DNA from: Trichoplax adhaerens
Taxonomy: Eukaryota > Animalia > Placozoa
Direction of reading: 5' to 3'
Assembly (NCBI RefSeq): GCF_000150275.1
Contig: NW_002060944.1
Span: 3,596,474 to 3,660,473 of the forward strand
Length of the DNA stretch: 64,000 bases
This document shows positions 1-14,700 of this stretch, piece by piece. Made by a program: the position numbers and the translations under genes. The notes below the pieces were generated by a model that was not told the DNA's origin, made no database searches, and saw only the letters and a list, made by a program, of their open reading frames with translations. Each line of letters opens with the position of its first letter. The first letter of the stretch is position 1.

Positions 1-1140
1 TTAGGGCTATGTAAATTCGTGTTTTATAGCTTTGTATCGGCCAAAGAATAGTTAAATTTCGTTTGTGAATTGTTATGCCTAACGAATCTAAAGGGTTATA
101 GTGTCATAATGAAATATTTGGATATGTACTTTTGATTTAAATTATTGCGCAGCTCAAATATTACAGCGACGCGTTTAGTTGAACATTCATGCTTATACGT
201 TTGCTGACTTGAAATAAATCTATTTAGAGAATTTTATTAAACTAAGAAATTGATCTAACCTGCTCTTTAAATAATTCTTTGCTACAATTTCTTAGAGCAC
301 TTGTTCTAAAGTAGTAATTTTCATCTAGAAAAAGAAAAATTGCAGTCAATTAATACGTGTATCATTTGATTTGAATTCTTCTAAAGTAGTTATACGAATA
401 AAACTGTAATATTTTAATTACTTTACGTTTAGGATTATTTTAGTTTGAAGACGATGGTGGATAAAATCTATTAGACATCGCCCAACGTTCGATAGTTTTA
501 AGCTCCCTCTCTTCTTAATGATTGCAGTGATATACAGAAATGAGGCGCATATGTTAATAATTTAGTTTAAATAACTGAGAAGCGAATGTAGTAGTTATAC
601 ATTATTCTATAAACAGCGTGTGGTAGGCACTTTTGTCTGTTATACTTCCTGTTCTGAATAATATAATTATTGGCGGTATTAGAAGTTAATAGGTAGGCTA
701 CAATTGCTTATGGCCGATCAGTTTTAGATAAATGACTGATGTTTCCAATATGAGATTTTATCAAAGTAAGAAATTTTTTGAACTAACATTAAGAATTCTT
801 TAGTGTGGTTGTGAGTTTCTATTGGAATTCAGGCACCTCAAACTGTACACTAATAGTAATTATCGGTATACTCTAGTTATTAAGCTCTTCAGTAGTGATA
901 GCTATAGACGCCCGTATTTCTTTGTCTCATACAAATAAAACAGTATAATTATAAAGGGACTCAGTTACGAGTGCTTTCAGCTAATATACAAATACCGTGA
1001 AACATCATGGCAGTCTACAGCAATTATAAAATTTGGTGCAATTATCGAATCTTATTAGTTCTATGTACTCAGTTGCATACGATTATACTATAGGAATAAG
1101 TATACTTAGTGTACTGTTTTTCGACATATCTCCTTTCTAT

Positions 1141-1650
1141 TCCAAGATAATCATAATTTTATACGGCCTTTTAGGATAAATTTCATGCGTTGAGAATATC
1201 GGTTACGATTTTAGACGGGCTTTTTTTACATTGAGTAGATTGTACTTTCTCTTTATTATCCATATTATTATATTATCGTTTATACAACATAATAGCTAGC
1301 GGCTGCCTGCTCTCTTTTGTATAAGCATCGCGGCGGATATTGTTTTCCTATACATTGAATCTGTTACTTATCTAGTGAGGTTAATTCTTTTACCACAATG
1401 TTATTACAAATTGTTAGGTCTGTTTAGTATTGATTTTTCTTACGCTTTGTTTTCCATTAGCATAGGCTAATAATGACCACCATTGATAGACTGAAACATT
1501 TCTGACCCCTTACAAGCTTTTCACCTCGTGTATGATTCTATTCGTTGTGGCAATTTATAACTGCAGGCTAGGTACTGGGTAATTATTTAAAATTTATACT
1601 TCCCATGTATTTGTTAATATAAGTGAATTTTGCATGTCTATCATTTTGAA
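1141..1650 (+). pseudogene. Decayed rhodopsin-class (LGR/RXFP-like) GPCR remnant, TM1-TM3 and possibly ECL2
   Basis: Colinear motif-like fragments broken by stops and frameshifts: ILYGLLG*ISCVENI (TM1 'GN'-like, 1141-1200), NIIASGCLLS and SIAADIVF (TM2-like), CYYKLLGLFS (start of TM3), LIMTTIDRLKHF*PL (DRY-like, ~1468-1510). Recognised by eye only. Confidence 0.4.
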
Positions 1651-1874
1651 GTATTACAAACATAATATGGTCATGATCGGATGACAATGTTTTACTCATC
1701 GGTTTTCACATAGGGACATACTTCTGACCCCATTCTCGGTCTGCTATTGTGTACACCAGACCATATCAATATATCACGATTATTTTCTGCCACGATCTAT
1801 TTACATAACGAAGCTTAATTTATGCTTGCTTACAAATTAGTCTGGCGAAGTGGCGATATTATAGCGGACTTTAT

Positions 1875-2075
1875 GAGAATAAGCTTATAATATTTAATAA
1901 GGCTTAAAAAGAATTTATCCAATCTCCTAACCCTAGCTGAATAAAACTTATAATATTTATTAAAGCTCAAAACTAAAAATTTTATTCAATCACGTAAATC
2001 TAGCTGAATAAAACTCATAATAATTCAGAAGGCTCAAAGTAAAAAAAGCTATCCAATCTGCTGAACCTAGTAGAG
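1875..2075. repeat. Degenerate tandem repeat, ~65-70 bp unit x3
   Basis: Recurring gaataa..cttataata..aaggct.aaa..tatccaatc..ctag; boundaries approximate. Confidence 0.75.
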
Positions 2076-2439
2076 CGTAGTCACGTTAATTTAGCGATAG
2101 GAATTACTACTGTTAGTGATAGATTATTCGATCCACCATTGATACAAATGATCTCTGCTAAGTATTCAATTTCCTTTAAATAAGCAATATCTTATTTTAT
2201 ATATTATTTTATTTATTATCAAATTTAAAACCGTCCTTTAAATTCTAGTTCTAACCAGGCGATATCTATAGTTACACCTGCACAAGTTTTAATTTAATCT
2301 GAGACCAAACCGAACTTTAGCAATCACAACCATATCAAAAAGCGTACTATCTCAGCTACGATGATGTTTTTATGCGTATCAAAAAACTTAGCTCTTACTA
2401 TAAATTTTTGTCTTGTATCATAATAAGATTGTGTCTATT

Positions 2440-2705
2440 TATAAGCATTCACTGTTTCATTTTATATTGAAGTCAGAAATGTTCAAAACTATTCATTAAA
2501 TTACATTTTAATTACATAAACTGTATAAATTTGTTTTATTAATACTAGCGTATGGTCATTTAATTGTATCCATGTATAAGTGTTTGCTATCTCATTCGGT
2601 TCTATATTAAAGTCAGAAATTTCCTTAAATATTCATTAAATATCATTATAATTTCAGAAACTATACAAATTTATATTTCTTAATACTAGCTTAGCATCAT
2701 TTAAA
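2440..2705. repeat. Degenerate tandem duplication, ~140 bp unit x2
   Basis: tatatt.aagtcagaaat..tattcattaaat..aaattt..taatactagc..tcatttaa occurs twice. Confidence 0.75.
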
Positions 2706-4499
2706 TAAGTGTGTTTTAGCTAGTAATTGCTAACTTACAATCGTCTGACCGACTACAATTTTACGAACACCAACAAGTCATGGATTAACATATCAACTCC
2801 TTGATCTATTTTACACTACTCGATAACCATCAACTATTTTAAGTTTAGCACGTCTCTAACAGCGGCAACTGATACTGCCAAAGTGTAGGTATGACAAACT
2901 ATGTATGGCTAGCGATTTCTGAATATTTATCGATTTAATTGAGTTTGATTCACAGCCGCCTTTTCAGGTTTTAAAATTGACTGTTATTAATTTCTTAATA
3001 AAGAGTATTGCTTTCGACATGATAAATCGATGATTGGGAATTCCAGTTAATGAAATTATGAAAAATAGAATGAAATTGAAATCTTAGATGTAATTAGGAT
3101 TATAGACAGATTAAAAAATGGAGAATCGGTTACCATTACTCCCTATATTTTCACTAAGAGTAGATAAGTTTATTTAGTTAAGGAATCATGCAGTTCAGAT
3201 ATATTTATTATTGCATTTTAGCACGTTCATTTACTTAAGGAATTGCTGTACTGTATGTACCATACAACTTGGTCCAATATCTTAATAATCTATAGTAAAT
3301 TTGCTTTAACCCTGCAATTATTCTGATCATACTAATGAAATAAAAATGATATTGTAAAGAATCGCTTAGCAAAATATAAGCAATTGAGGGAGCAGATTTA
3401 AAACGGTTTTGAATATAGTATTGACTAATTTGCGTCGTTAATATAAAATATTGTGTTTAGGAGATCGAAGGAAGCATACGGCAAATTTCGAGATTAAATT
3501 CTTAAAATTACATACCGTTGCGCTTTAAAAACAGTTTGGATATAACCAAAAGTGAAAAACTGTTTACACTATTTTCATGAATAGGAATCAAGGAACTGAT
3601 GCTGCTAAATGGTATAGACCACTAACCTTATTGCTCAATCGTAACTGTTGGATTGCGTTAGTCTGCCAATGAACGCATTCTGTTTTAAAACGGGTGCCGG
3701 TAGTTATTATTGTATCATTTACACTATAATTGCCTATACTGGTTGGAAATACTTTTTAAATTTTGCTAGACTGGGGTGAAAAAATTATCTCATATAACCT
3801 TTATGCCAGTCAATAGAAAGATCTGTTCATGTGAATAGATTGCTTACTTAAGTGAAGTCTGCTACATAGGTTCCAGTTTGTAATGATATATTGAATTGAG
3901 AATTTACACTGGGATGATGATTTTAATAATTTAGGACTATCTTAAAAACTAAAAGATCTCTGTTCCATCTAAAGTTTTAAATAGCAATATTTTTAAATTG
4001 GCTAACTACAGTTTTACTTTTTACCAAGACTAGATTACGAATAAGAACCAGGAAACAATATAAGATCAAAAGTATGAATTATAAGTACAATAAACTCTTT
4101 ATAATCCTAATTGATGACGATAGCAATACTTATAGTGACACTGCGGCTTCCGGATAAAAATATTACAAAACGTCTTAGAAATAGTAGTAGAGAGAAGTAA
4201 ATGGTCAAAAGGGAACCATCCGTTAATCATTTCGAGATTTACGCCTTGCTAGCGATGCCGATAAGACAATGAATCAATTGTCGATATTTTGTTAATTACA
4301 TAATAGGCGAAATAGTGAAAAAAAGATTGCAGTAAAGATATCTATGATTGAGAGAGTGATATATTACTGTATTGTATATTACGAGTAAATGTGATAGTAG
4401 TGTATTCAACTCTGCCTTGAATAATTATTATTCCAAGATGAAGGCCATGAAGCAAGATGTATTAATACTCCTTGATAACTATAAGCACTCTATTCTTAT

Positions 4500-5850
4500 G
4501 TTTTGTTCGAGAATTGAGGTTATGGTTGATACTATTAAACGAGTAGGTTAGGAAACTAATATTAAATAGGTTTTGAACTAATACATTGTCTTGATCCACT
4601 AAATTGATAGTTTTACGCTTCCAGACTTCAATCTACAGAATACTTTAGTTTAATTAATTCATAATGAACTCCCTTTACTAATTAATCCATATAGAATCAA
4701 CAATGAATTGCCTCTCTGTTTGAAAGAAGTAGAAGAATCATTTTCGTGGCTGATCTCATTATAAATTCTTGGCGTTGATTAATATTAACTAACAGCATAA
4801 AGTAGGCTGATTCCCTCCTCCATATGGTATCATTAAACAATGCTTTTTCATCTTTACTTAATACGATAATGTGCGGCATAGTCCATCATGTAAGCTAGGC
4901 ATGCAACATCGATAGGACTGGCTATGAATGGTTGTACTATTTTTAACTACGGCATGTATCAATACTTTATTGCTATTTACTTTATTGTTCATTTCCTCGG
5001 GCTCGCACCTTGTATTCAGACACAGTCTATATTATAAAGTCATGACCTAGCAAAAGTGCATTCAATGTAGTCCCACGATATTATTACACGCTATTGCATT
5101 TAAAATCTCCTTAATTCGCTTCGTTGATAAAAGACAATTTATCAGTATTAAATAGTAGGATAATCTGTATTTTATTCAAACTATAATTATATTTATTGAC
5201 AAATTATACAACAAAGTACCTGGTTGTGACAATGTTCAACCCTTGATGATTAACATAATTTTACACATTACAGTAACTCTTGGCATTCCTTCTATTAGCT
5301 TATTGTTATTCTTACTATTACTGTTTCTGCAATGGACGCTTAAAACTTTTACATTCGTTCCCAGTAAATTTTGACACCGTAACGTGATAAACTACCATCT
5401 TTACTACTGTCTCGTAGTGAACAATTATCTACAGTTTTTCCCTAGAAGTAACACTGTTATTGTCTCTATTCACCGTTATTTACTATACCATTTAATTCTA
5501 TCGTAATCTTTTATTTTCGCTTTGTAAAAGAAATAAGTTCATTACTTGCATCAATTCCTTTTCTTCAAATTGAAATCTTCTGCCTTAGTCTGGAATTATT
5601 TCTTGAAATCCAAATAAATTTTATCTCGATCCTCAAGTCATTAAGCTTGCTCTCGTTATTCTACGTAGCAGTGGTGGAATATCTTTTTACAAAAATATCT
5701 TTTGGTATGGATCTTCGCATTTATTGACTCTCCTAACACTTTGGCCAACTCTATTTTCATTCAGTATTTGGTCGTATATCCTCGACCCAAAGATTTTCCG
5801 GCATTGATCTGGCTTATATGATAAGACTATAATTGATACCCGCCATTACT
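4500..5850 (-). pseudogene. Possible highly decayed NACHT-type NTPase gene remnant
   Basis: Minus strand reads KVLIHAVVKNSTT (4968 downward, Walker-A-like context) and GNSLLILYGL (~4710-4680, like the NACHT Walker B LLILDGL), about 88 codons apart. Many stops; weak. Confidence 0.25.
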
Positions 5851-8759
5851 ACAACTTAGAATTCTATTTGCAAGTACAAATCGAACGCTATCAAAATGTA
5901 GGTTTATGCAATAGTGACTCTCTAATTTATTTACGTGGCAAAAAATTCTCGTTCTATTACAATTAATTGTTAAGTGCCATAGGATAACTGACAATATTCT
6001 ATTTTCTTAAACTTGTGAGAAACAGTCAATTAATATCGATACGGATAATTAAGTCTATACGCAATTCTTTACAAATCTACTCGCCTTTATGAAATTACTT
6101 ACCATCTCCATCTTCCCTATTTTAATTCTATGTTTAATCCCTTGTTTAAGTTAGATTGTTTGTTAGTTTTTGTGCTATTTAAGAAGACGTACAGTAGAAA
6201 TATATACTAAAAATGATAAAATGATAAAATTTGTCACTAGTGATATGATAGTTAGATCATATATCTGCTGGTAATGATCATTTAAATCGTTCCTTGTCAT
6301 AGTACTCTTGACACTAATGTATTGATTACTTTAGTTTTATGTAATGATTCCATATATTTAGGATAGACCTCAACGAAAATATATTTTAGTGATTGTCTCA
6401 CTTTAAACTGATCAGTGTAAATTATGTCCGTAGATAATTTTTCGCAATAAGATATTAACTTGAGTTAATTACTTCTCCTACATCGTTTTCCTTAAGTGAT
6501 TGTTCTGAAAGTACGTAATTATTTCTCTTTACAAATGATAAATGTATAAAATTAACACAAATTTACAAATAGAACTGAGTATCGTTCACTTATTCTAATG
6601 GCTTGCTACTCATTTGTGCAGATCTTGGATAAATAAGGATAGTTTAATGAGTAATTTATCAAGATGCTTACACATATTCTTTCGTTCCTAAAATCTTCAA
6701 TATGATCTCGTTCGAAATACTTTAAAATATGTCCCTTAACGCTTTTTATTTCTATGGTTAATTTGAAAAACTTAGAATGGCTAGTAAATTAAAAAGACGT
6801 AAATGGAAGCGCCGTCCTGCGTCCTAGTAAGTTACTAAAGGAATTATTATTCATTTTTGTCTTTTGTTTGTATAACTATGTCAATTTTTCCTCTGTAAAG
6901 GAATTAATACTCATTTCGTTTTTTGTTGCTCTATTTATCATCTTTACATTATCAGATATCAAGCATACATGCTATCTGATCATCTATTTTTCGTAGTGTA
7001 ACTCTCAATTTATAGCACATAGCTACACTAAAGTTTACTAAAGGAAATAACATAATCAATTTTTCTTCTGTCTTACTTGAAGAGACAAGTACAGCCTAAG
7101 GTAGATTTAAAGTTCGTTTCATGTCATGGGTTGGTTCATGTTGCTATTCGTAACCCGTTAAAATGTCCCTGACCCTCTTCCCAAATTCTTACTTTGTGTC
7201 TGTACGCCTACCATTTAATTTGACAGATGACAAAAATAGTTAACGATATTTTTTAAAACGATCATAATAGCAACTGTTGGGCAACATCTTGATAATCGAT
7301 GTAAATTAGACTTACGTCATGTAGAAGCTTATTATGACGATCTAAACTTGTGTTGTAAAAAGTCGAAAATTAATTTCAGATGAACTTTAATGAATGCTCC
7401 AAGGATAATTGTTTAATAAATAGCGCTGCTGTATTTAATCGGTAAATCTTTCATTTAACTCATATGCTAATAATAGAGTTGGGTGTAGATAGCTAATAAA
7501 ATAAGGTCTACCTTACGCCATTTAAATAGAAATACAATGCGACATCCCTTAGTACGGGTACAGCTTGTAAATACAGTAAAATTGTCGTGTCTGAATAATT
7601 TAATATCTAAAAATAGTTGTACCGTGAAATTTTTAGCCAATAGTTGCTGGTAAATAGAAGCTATAAAGATAGTTTCGTATTAATGGCACGTAATGATGAC
7701 GGTGAATATTTGAAGTTTTGGTCACTTAAAGACTTTTTGCTGCAAGTAATGCATCTATCTTAGGAGTTACCGCCATAATAGATCAAATTTGAGATCAATC
7801 TCCTCCCTTTATTTCGTCATTGATAGGAATGTCAATGATTAGCGCTTACTTATTAATTGGTATTCTCTGTATTTTATAATTAAAAGTTCGATAAGAGAAT
7901 TAAAGTAACTAGTCAAGAATGTTTTTATTAAACTATTTTGAAAATTATACATTTATTAAAAGTTTATGTGTTAGGGCAACTGGGTATACGTAATGAATAA
8001 AATAGGGTTATGCATGTTATATCGAGACATTTTCACTCTACCACCTAAACAATTATTGACTTGTGTAACTATGCAATTATTTTTATAAATCTAAAATTGA
8101 TGATGAGGATATAGAATATCTTAAAAAATCCTACCATTTTTGTTCTTCAAACTATTCTGATAGATACGATCATGCCAATAGCAGAGAATACAGTACAGTA
8201 TTTTTCGATTCATAAGAAACAATTTTCCATTCTATCATATATATATATGAATAATAAACGTAAAAGTAATCGTACAGCATTGTCACATCTAGATGTGATG
8301 TAATAATTCTAGGTTTCCTGATCAGCAATGATTCCATGACAGGGGTGCAATGTAGTAATTAATTAATTATTATTACTTGATTGATATTATAGTTGGTGAC
8401 TGTTACATGCTAGATATAATAAGAACACTATCACTCTGTCAAGATGATATTTCTTCTGATGATGTTACCTTAAACGTAAAACCTCCACTAGTAGAGCTTT
8501 TGGGTGATCAACACTACATGTAGGTACTTGTTAACGGATTGCCAAGATGGGAATTTATGTATGTGTTACAGTCAATCCCGGGAATTGGCTATTTCCGGGA
8601 AGGACTGGATACTTCCAATAATGCATCATATTACTTGATGAAATAGAAATTGACGTTATTGCCTAAAAGTTGTCGTACGAGTTATGAAAAATTATGAACT
8701 AACACGCCATTAGGATCGTGAAAGCTAAAACAAATGTGTCAGCATACTATTATGTCTGT

Positions 8760-8960
8760 GTTGCAGCTCTATTAGACTAATAAAAGAAAGATTTTAGCCT
8801 TTCCTTGTCTGGTCTAAAGTAATAGTAACTTCACAGCTCCATTAGACTAACAAAAGAATAATTTTAATCTTTACCTGTTTTATCAGAAATAATAATGCCT
8901 GCACAGCGCTATTACTGTAGACTGGCTCAAGAATCGCTTATATCTTTACTTGTTTGAACT
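8760..8960. repeat. Degenerate tandem repeat, ~70 bp unit x3
   Basis: cagctc.attagactaa.aaaagaa..atttta..cttt.c.tgt recurs. Confidence 0.7.
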
Positions 8961-11166
8961 ATGCCTTATTCACCTTCAGGAATAATATCTTCTAGGGCGA
9001 ATTTAAAAGTTGATAATATTACAAGCAAGTTAGGTTTTTGCCCACAGAATTAAATAAAAATGTTTTAGTACAGACTTGGAAATTATTGAACGGAAGAATC
9101 AAATATCCATTACTATATATGAGGTAATTAATCGTCTTTTGGGGGTTAAGGTTATGATTTAAATTAGAGATGAATGTTCAATTGTGATTAATAACGTTTT
9201 TAATAGATTTCGCATAATAATGGGGTATAATCTACCCTGGTATTTTATTAAATAATTTTAAATATATCAATGGATTAGATAAATTTTATTGTTAATTCAT
9301 TTTCGGATAATTATGATCCTGATACTACTGCACTAACTTGCAGATGGCCCAAATTTGTTAAAGCAGTATTATTGTAGAAAATTGTGATAATAGGCATGCT
9401 TTCAATCGCTTTCTAAACTTAATCCAAAAGTCATAAACAGCTGTTGTATATTATATTGCCAATTGGGACTTGTATTGAGGAAATTACCACAACTACAAGA
9501 AATTATTATGTTACGAGTCTAGTAGAAAGTTCGTCCTCCCGATATCCACTGCGCCAGCAGAAAGACTCAAAAAATGGACGATCCCGATTGTTAATATAGA
9601 CAAAACTGAATCTAAACCTTCGTAAAAAATCAGCCAGTTTAATAGTAAATCTACATAAACATTAATTACCAGAAAATAGATAACATTGTGCAGTTATCTA
9701 TAAAATTATGTATATTGCCACAGATAGCAGTATTATCAAATCATGTTATCTAACGAAAATAAGATAAGCGATTAAATGTTAGTCTACAAAAGTCACTTCG
9801 TGGCATTGGTGTGAGATTATATCCGGGAAACTCATTTCTAAGCAAAGATAAGTGTAGAATACTTCAACATAGCCCAAAGACTTTATAGTTTACTGCTGGT
9901 TCATGTAATAAATTCAGGAGCTCTATCAAGGATTTTTTTAGCGAGTTACGTGAGTTTATACTCCAGGGCTGAATAGTAAATCCTTGGAAAGAAATTGTTA
10001 CTTTATTAGTTACTGCATCATTTTGACAGATGAATTAGTTATCCGATCGAATTATCAGTTTCATGCTTTATTAATAAACTGGGGATAGTTTAAACTAGGA
10101 CAACTTTATTCAATCTATTCTTGTTAGTATGACTTGTGAATTAGTAATATTTGCTTTATATCGTGATCACACATCCTAGATACTACTTATATCGATTTAC
10201 GTTTGCTTTAAATAACTTTGATATGGTGAAAAACTGCATTATTAATACCATGTTTATTAATATACATACTATATCTTATGAGCCTATTTTTTGATTGTAC
10301 AAGACATTAAATTACATAAAGTCATTGAATCCATGCTAGGCGAGATTAATTTTATCAAACGTCGTCTGATCGCTCGATTATCCGTTATAATATTAACAGT
10401 GGCATCAATTATTCAATTATTTTTGACAATAATCATCTTGCTTTCATTGCAAAGATTACTTTGTGTAAGATACCAACGCAGCTTTTAATACGTGATATTT
10501 TCAGATTAAATTACTACACTTCACTATTCATACTCCTTTTGAAAGTCTATCAGAATATTTAATTTTAATTTAAAAATGTATCATAGGTAACTACCTATCT
10601 ATAAATATGGCTTTTATTGTATTAATATATGACGAAAAATTAATCTTAATCGACCAATTAAGATCATATTTACTAATAATTTGAATAGGTATTCCTCTGA
10701 GACTACGATTCAATATGACACCATATAATCATTTTACCAAAATGCTCCTCTCTAAGTTCTTTAACTGAATAGGTATCATGCATATTTTCTCGAATTCATA
10801 TAGAAGCATAATGAAAAAATTATATTACCGAAAGATTTGATCCTATAAGTACTACGTGCGAAGGAATTGCTAGGCTGCAATTTCTTCTTTACTGTTAGGT
10901 GCAACACGGGCAATATGAGGTCCTACTGTATTGCATACATGAATCAGCAAATACCTAGATCTACCGCGGTATTAGCTAATTGCTCGAAATATTCTGACTA
11001 ACTTTATATACTTACGGTTAAGCTTCTTTATTAATTAGCAGTTTCTAAACCAATTTCTAGCAGGTCACATGTATCTCGTATAATTACACTGTAATATTAA
11101 ATCGGGAACAACGAAATTTTTACCGATGGTGACAGTCATCATCTGGCGATTACGCTGATATAGCAA

Positions 11167-11736
11167 TGTCACAAACCAACGTCGTGGCAAAGATAGCGTA
11201 AAACTAATCTCTAAATTACTATAGTCTCCGGGATTCAGTATCCCTTAACGACCTCACAAGAATTTAGATGCCTTTGCTTCTACGTTAAAACAACTAAAAA
11301 ATTCTTCTTTTATTCAACTATCTGCAGATCTTAAATACCCTTCGGCAGCAGCTATCATGTAAGAGTCATAACAGTTCACGAAATTTAGCTCATATTTGGA
11401 TAGCTAAATTAATACAGACATTATTCATAGTTTTGGACTTTTACTGAACGATTCTAGATAATTAGACTACAGTATGTCCACACGCAGAATTATTTATAGT
11501 ATCATCTATAATTCAATATCTTCAGGATATTCATCACAAGCGTTACAGGACATAACACTATCATCAATTAATATTAGTTACCTTATGAGAACTCTTACTG
11601 CAATACAGCATAATTTGCTGTAACAAAATAATAACTACTGTAGTTCTTACTGTAAGTCATTATTAGTTATCTCCATATATAAATGTTAAACACTAAATTT
11701 AATCATTTACTCTTCACGGTGGTTTGTACCGTGATT
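11167..11736 (-). mobile_element. Solo-LTR-like element (copy 1)
   Basis: Starts TGTCAC, ends GTGATT (decayed GT(G/A)ACA), flanked by AGCAA on both sides (11162-11166, 11737-11741). Reverse-complement homologue of 40842-41283; 44 bp identical (11206-11249 vs 41201-41244). Confidence 0.7.
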
Positions 11737-14700
11737 AGCAACAATTACAAATCACAACATTAGGTAAAACGATGAGCTTTACGAACGTAGTCCAAACCCT
11801 ATCAGAACAATTTAATTCTTCAAACAAAATAGTTCAAAGAAGTAATATGGTGACAACATAAGTTTCTGATCGCCCAGACACTGTACAGAATTAGAAAATA
11901 CGCATCAGTTCTACAATCAAGGTGATAGGTTATCGAAAGGTAATCGAAGGGGTTTAGTGTTACGGTTATGTATAGATATGTAAGATTGATTGTTTGAAGT
12001 AGTATATGAATGTTGCTAGAGAAGTTATCTAATCATACGAATGTTACTTTGATCATCGTATTATGATTGCAATGTTGCTATGGTCATTAAGATAGTACAA
12101 TGCTTCTCATCAATTATTTCCTGAATTTTAAACCTCAATAATTATAATCAGACTACTTGGATTACAATGAATCTTCCATTCTATTATTGAATAACTCATT
12201 TTCAAATTAATTTTAATAATATCGAGTCACTGCTAGTATCACAAATTGTAAAGTAGAATGATTTGTAAATGGATCACGATCTTAAATCTAAGCTGGATAA
12301 GCAACTAGAGTCATAATTACAGCGAATGACCTTTTTATCATCACGTTTCATGTTAGGCCAAGGTTAGTCGGTAATTGTCTGAATGTTGCTGTGCCTCACC
12401 AACAAAATACTTGTAAACTCTTATAAAATTAACATTTACAGTTTATAGAATAGCTTAACATATACACCTGCATTTTAATTAGTATCTTAGATGACCATAT
12501 CGCATACAATTTATTGTAGAATAAAATAATGAAAGTTTTAATATATATCCTAGAGGGTGTGACAAAGCTATTGATGACTTCCACTATATACTGATCAATT
12601 TTCAAGCATAGATATTGCGAATGCTGGCAATATTTGACCGTCAATTTTAAAGAAGAAAAAGTGACGGAAGATGAAATGAATATGTTTTTTCGCTGTTCAA
12701 TAAAATATTATTAGATTATGTTTAGTTTAAACGAAATATTCTCGAGTTAAAATAAGTTATTGATAACTTACACTATACTCCAATTTATTTTCAGCTATAA
12801 ATATTACGGATTCTAGCAACATCATACTATTATTTTCAAATAAAATAAGGTGATGAATGATGGAATGAATAGATATATTACAATTCAGTAAAATTATCAT
12901 TAGGTTTAGTGAGTTTTTACAAAGTAACATTAAGGTCATTGATTACAAGTCAAAATAGCTTATTAATTTTCATAATAGGTCGCTCAATAAATAAGATCTT
13001 ATTATTATTCGAATAGAGTTAGGTATAGTTATGATGTTAAAATTCTATTCTGTTGATATCAGATATGGCATGAATATTTAACAAAATGAAGTGGTGATAA
13101 TCTCAAGAATAAACTTCACTATGATTAATATTTAAAAGGATGTTTAATTATAGATAGACTTTTATATTAGTATTTGAATATGTGTTTCCACAAGCTCATT
13201 TCATTATAATAATTGTAAAGGTAAATTTTATTTTATTTATAGTGTAATTTATCATGACAGCTGCACTTGATATACTTCAACTGGTAATGACCTATTCAAT
13301 TTAATTGCAAATGTTTCACAATGGAATTTTCGGCAATTTTAATCTAGACAAAACGCTTATAATTTATTAATTATTGCGAGGAGACATATACCTGAGTGCT
13401 ATTTCTATTAAAATACTTACTACACTAACAGGTAGCACTAGTATTAATGTTGCTAGACTGTATCTTTATATTCTTATATAAGGTTTTTAGCCGAGCAACA
13501 GAGTTACGTCAGTACATAACATTAGATTATGCAGATTAAACTCATTTACTACTTTTACTAGCTTAATTTAGCTCAAATACTTCAAAATATGTTGCAAATT
13601 AGCGTACGATTTATATCTCCCGGAAAAAGTCATCAGAGTTATTGAATTGAACTAAGGTGGCGAAAGATAATCGATCGATTTTGTATGTAAAGAGGTGAAT
13701 TGAAAACTTGCATCAGATTAATTATCAGAATTATCTTTATCAAAATTTTAACATACAGTGTATCGAATCAAAATTGCAGTTAATTTAATATTTTGGATGA
13801 CTGCAACGTAAATTTCACTAGCAGCAATATCGATCCATTAGTTATCAATTAGATTATTTTCAATTTCTAAATATCCCGCATATATATAAAATTGAACAAA
13901 TTTAGCATATCTAATGAAAATCGATTATGGGAAAGGCTTCATGCAACGATCAAAAACAAGGGGACAGAGGTTTGCAAATACGGATATGTTTGTTGCTATT
14001 TTGCTTCGATAACCCTTCAAATGACAGTTATAGCACTATATAAATATTTTCGATATTATCTACAATAACAATCTTTCATTGAATTTGTTCAATACTATCA
14101 CTTTAGGTAATTGCAGAGGATTTCTTGCAATTACGGGTTATTGGGAATGAGGTCAAGTAAATGCTTGACCATTTTAGATATAACGAGAAATTAAAAGTTA
14201 TGTCTGCTAGTATCTACTAGATTCCTTTATTAATATTATATCTTTAAGTAACTATGTTTATGATATAGTTTACGTATTAATTTTAGCATTTAAAGATGAA
14301 TTTAACGTCACGTAATGTAATATTAGGCGTTTATTTTTTGATAAGCATAAATGAGTTACTGATACGAAATTACCGAAACTAATGGGTTGCTGAAATTTAT
14401 TGACCTTTCGACCTGTTTTCGTAATATTTGCTGATGATTATCTTCAGTAGTCATACTATTAAATTATTTATATTGTACTCATTTGAGTAATTGCCTCATG
14501 ACTTTTGTAATTAATAAATGATGAAGTCGTGAATTAATTCTGAAGAATTTTGTAATATTAGAGAAAAATGGCGTTTTTAATTGCCTTTTTCGTTTTTAGC
14601 TGTTACTAGTCCTACCTATGATAGTCTATCGGTAAAAATGTAGTTTTCATATTCCTAGCAATTATTTTACCGCGACGTGATCTTGTTGAATTTTAGTATT

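Noticed and set aside
11200-11370. CUB-domain or tRNA/SINE reading of the conserved repeat core
   Set aside because: Both copies share stops in the CUB-like frame and there is no A-box or cloverleaf; LTR-type ends and TSDs explain it better.
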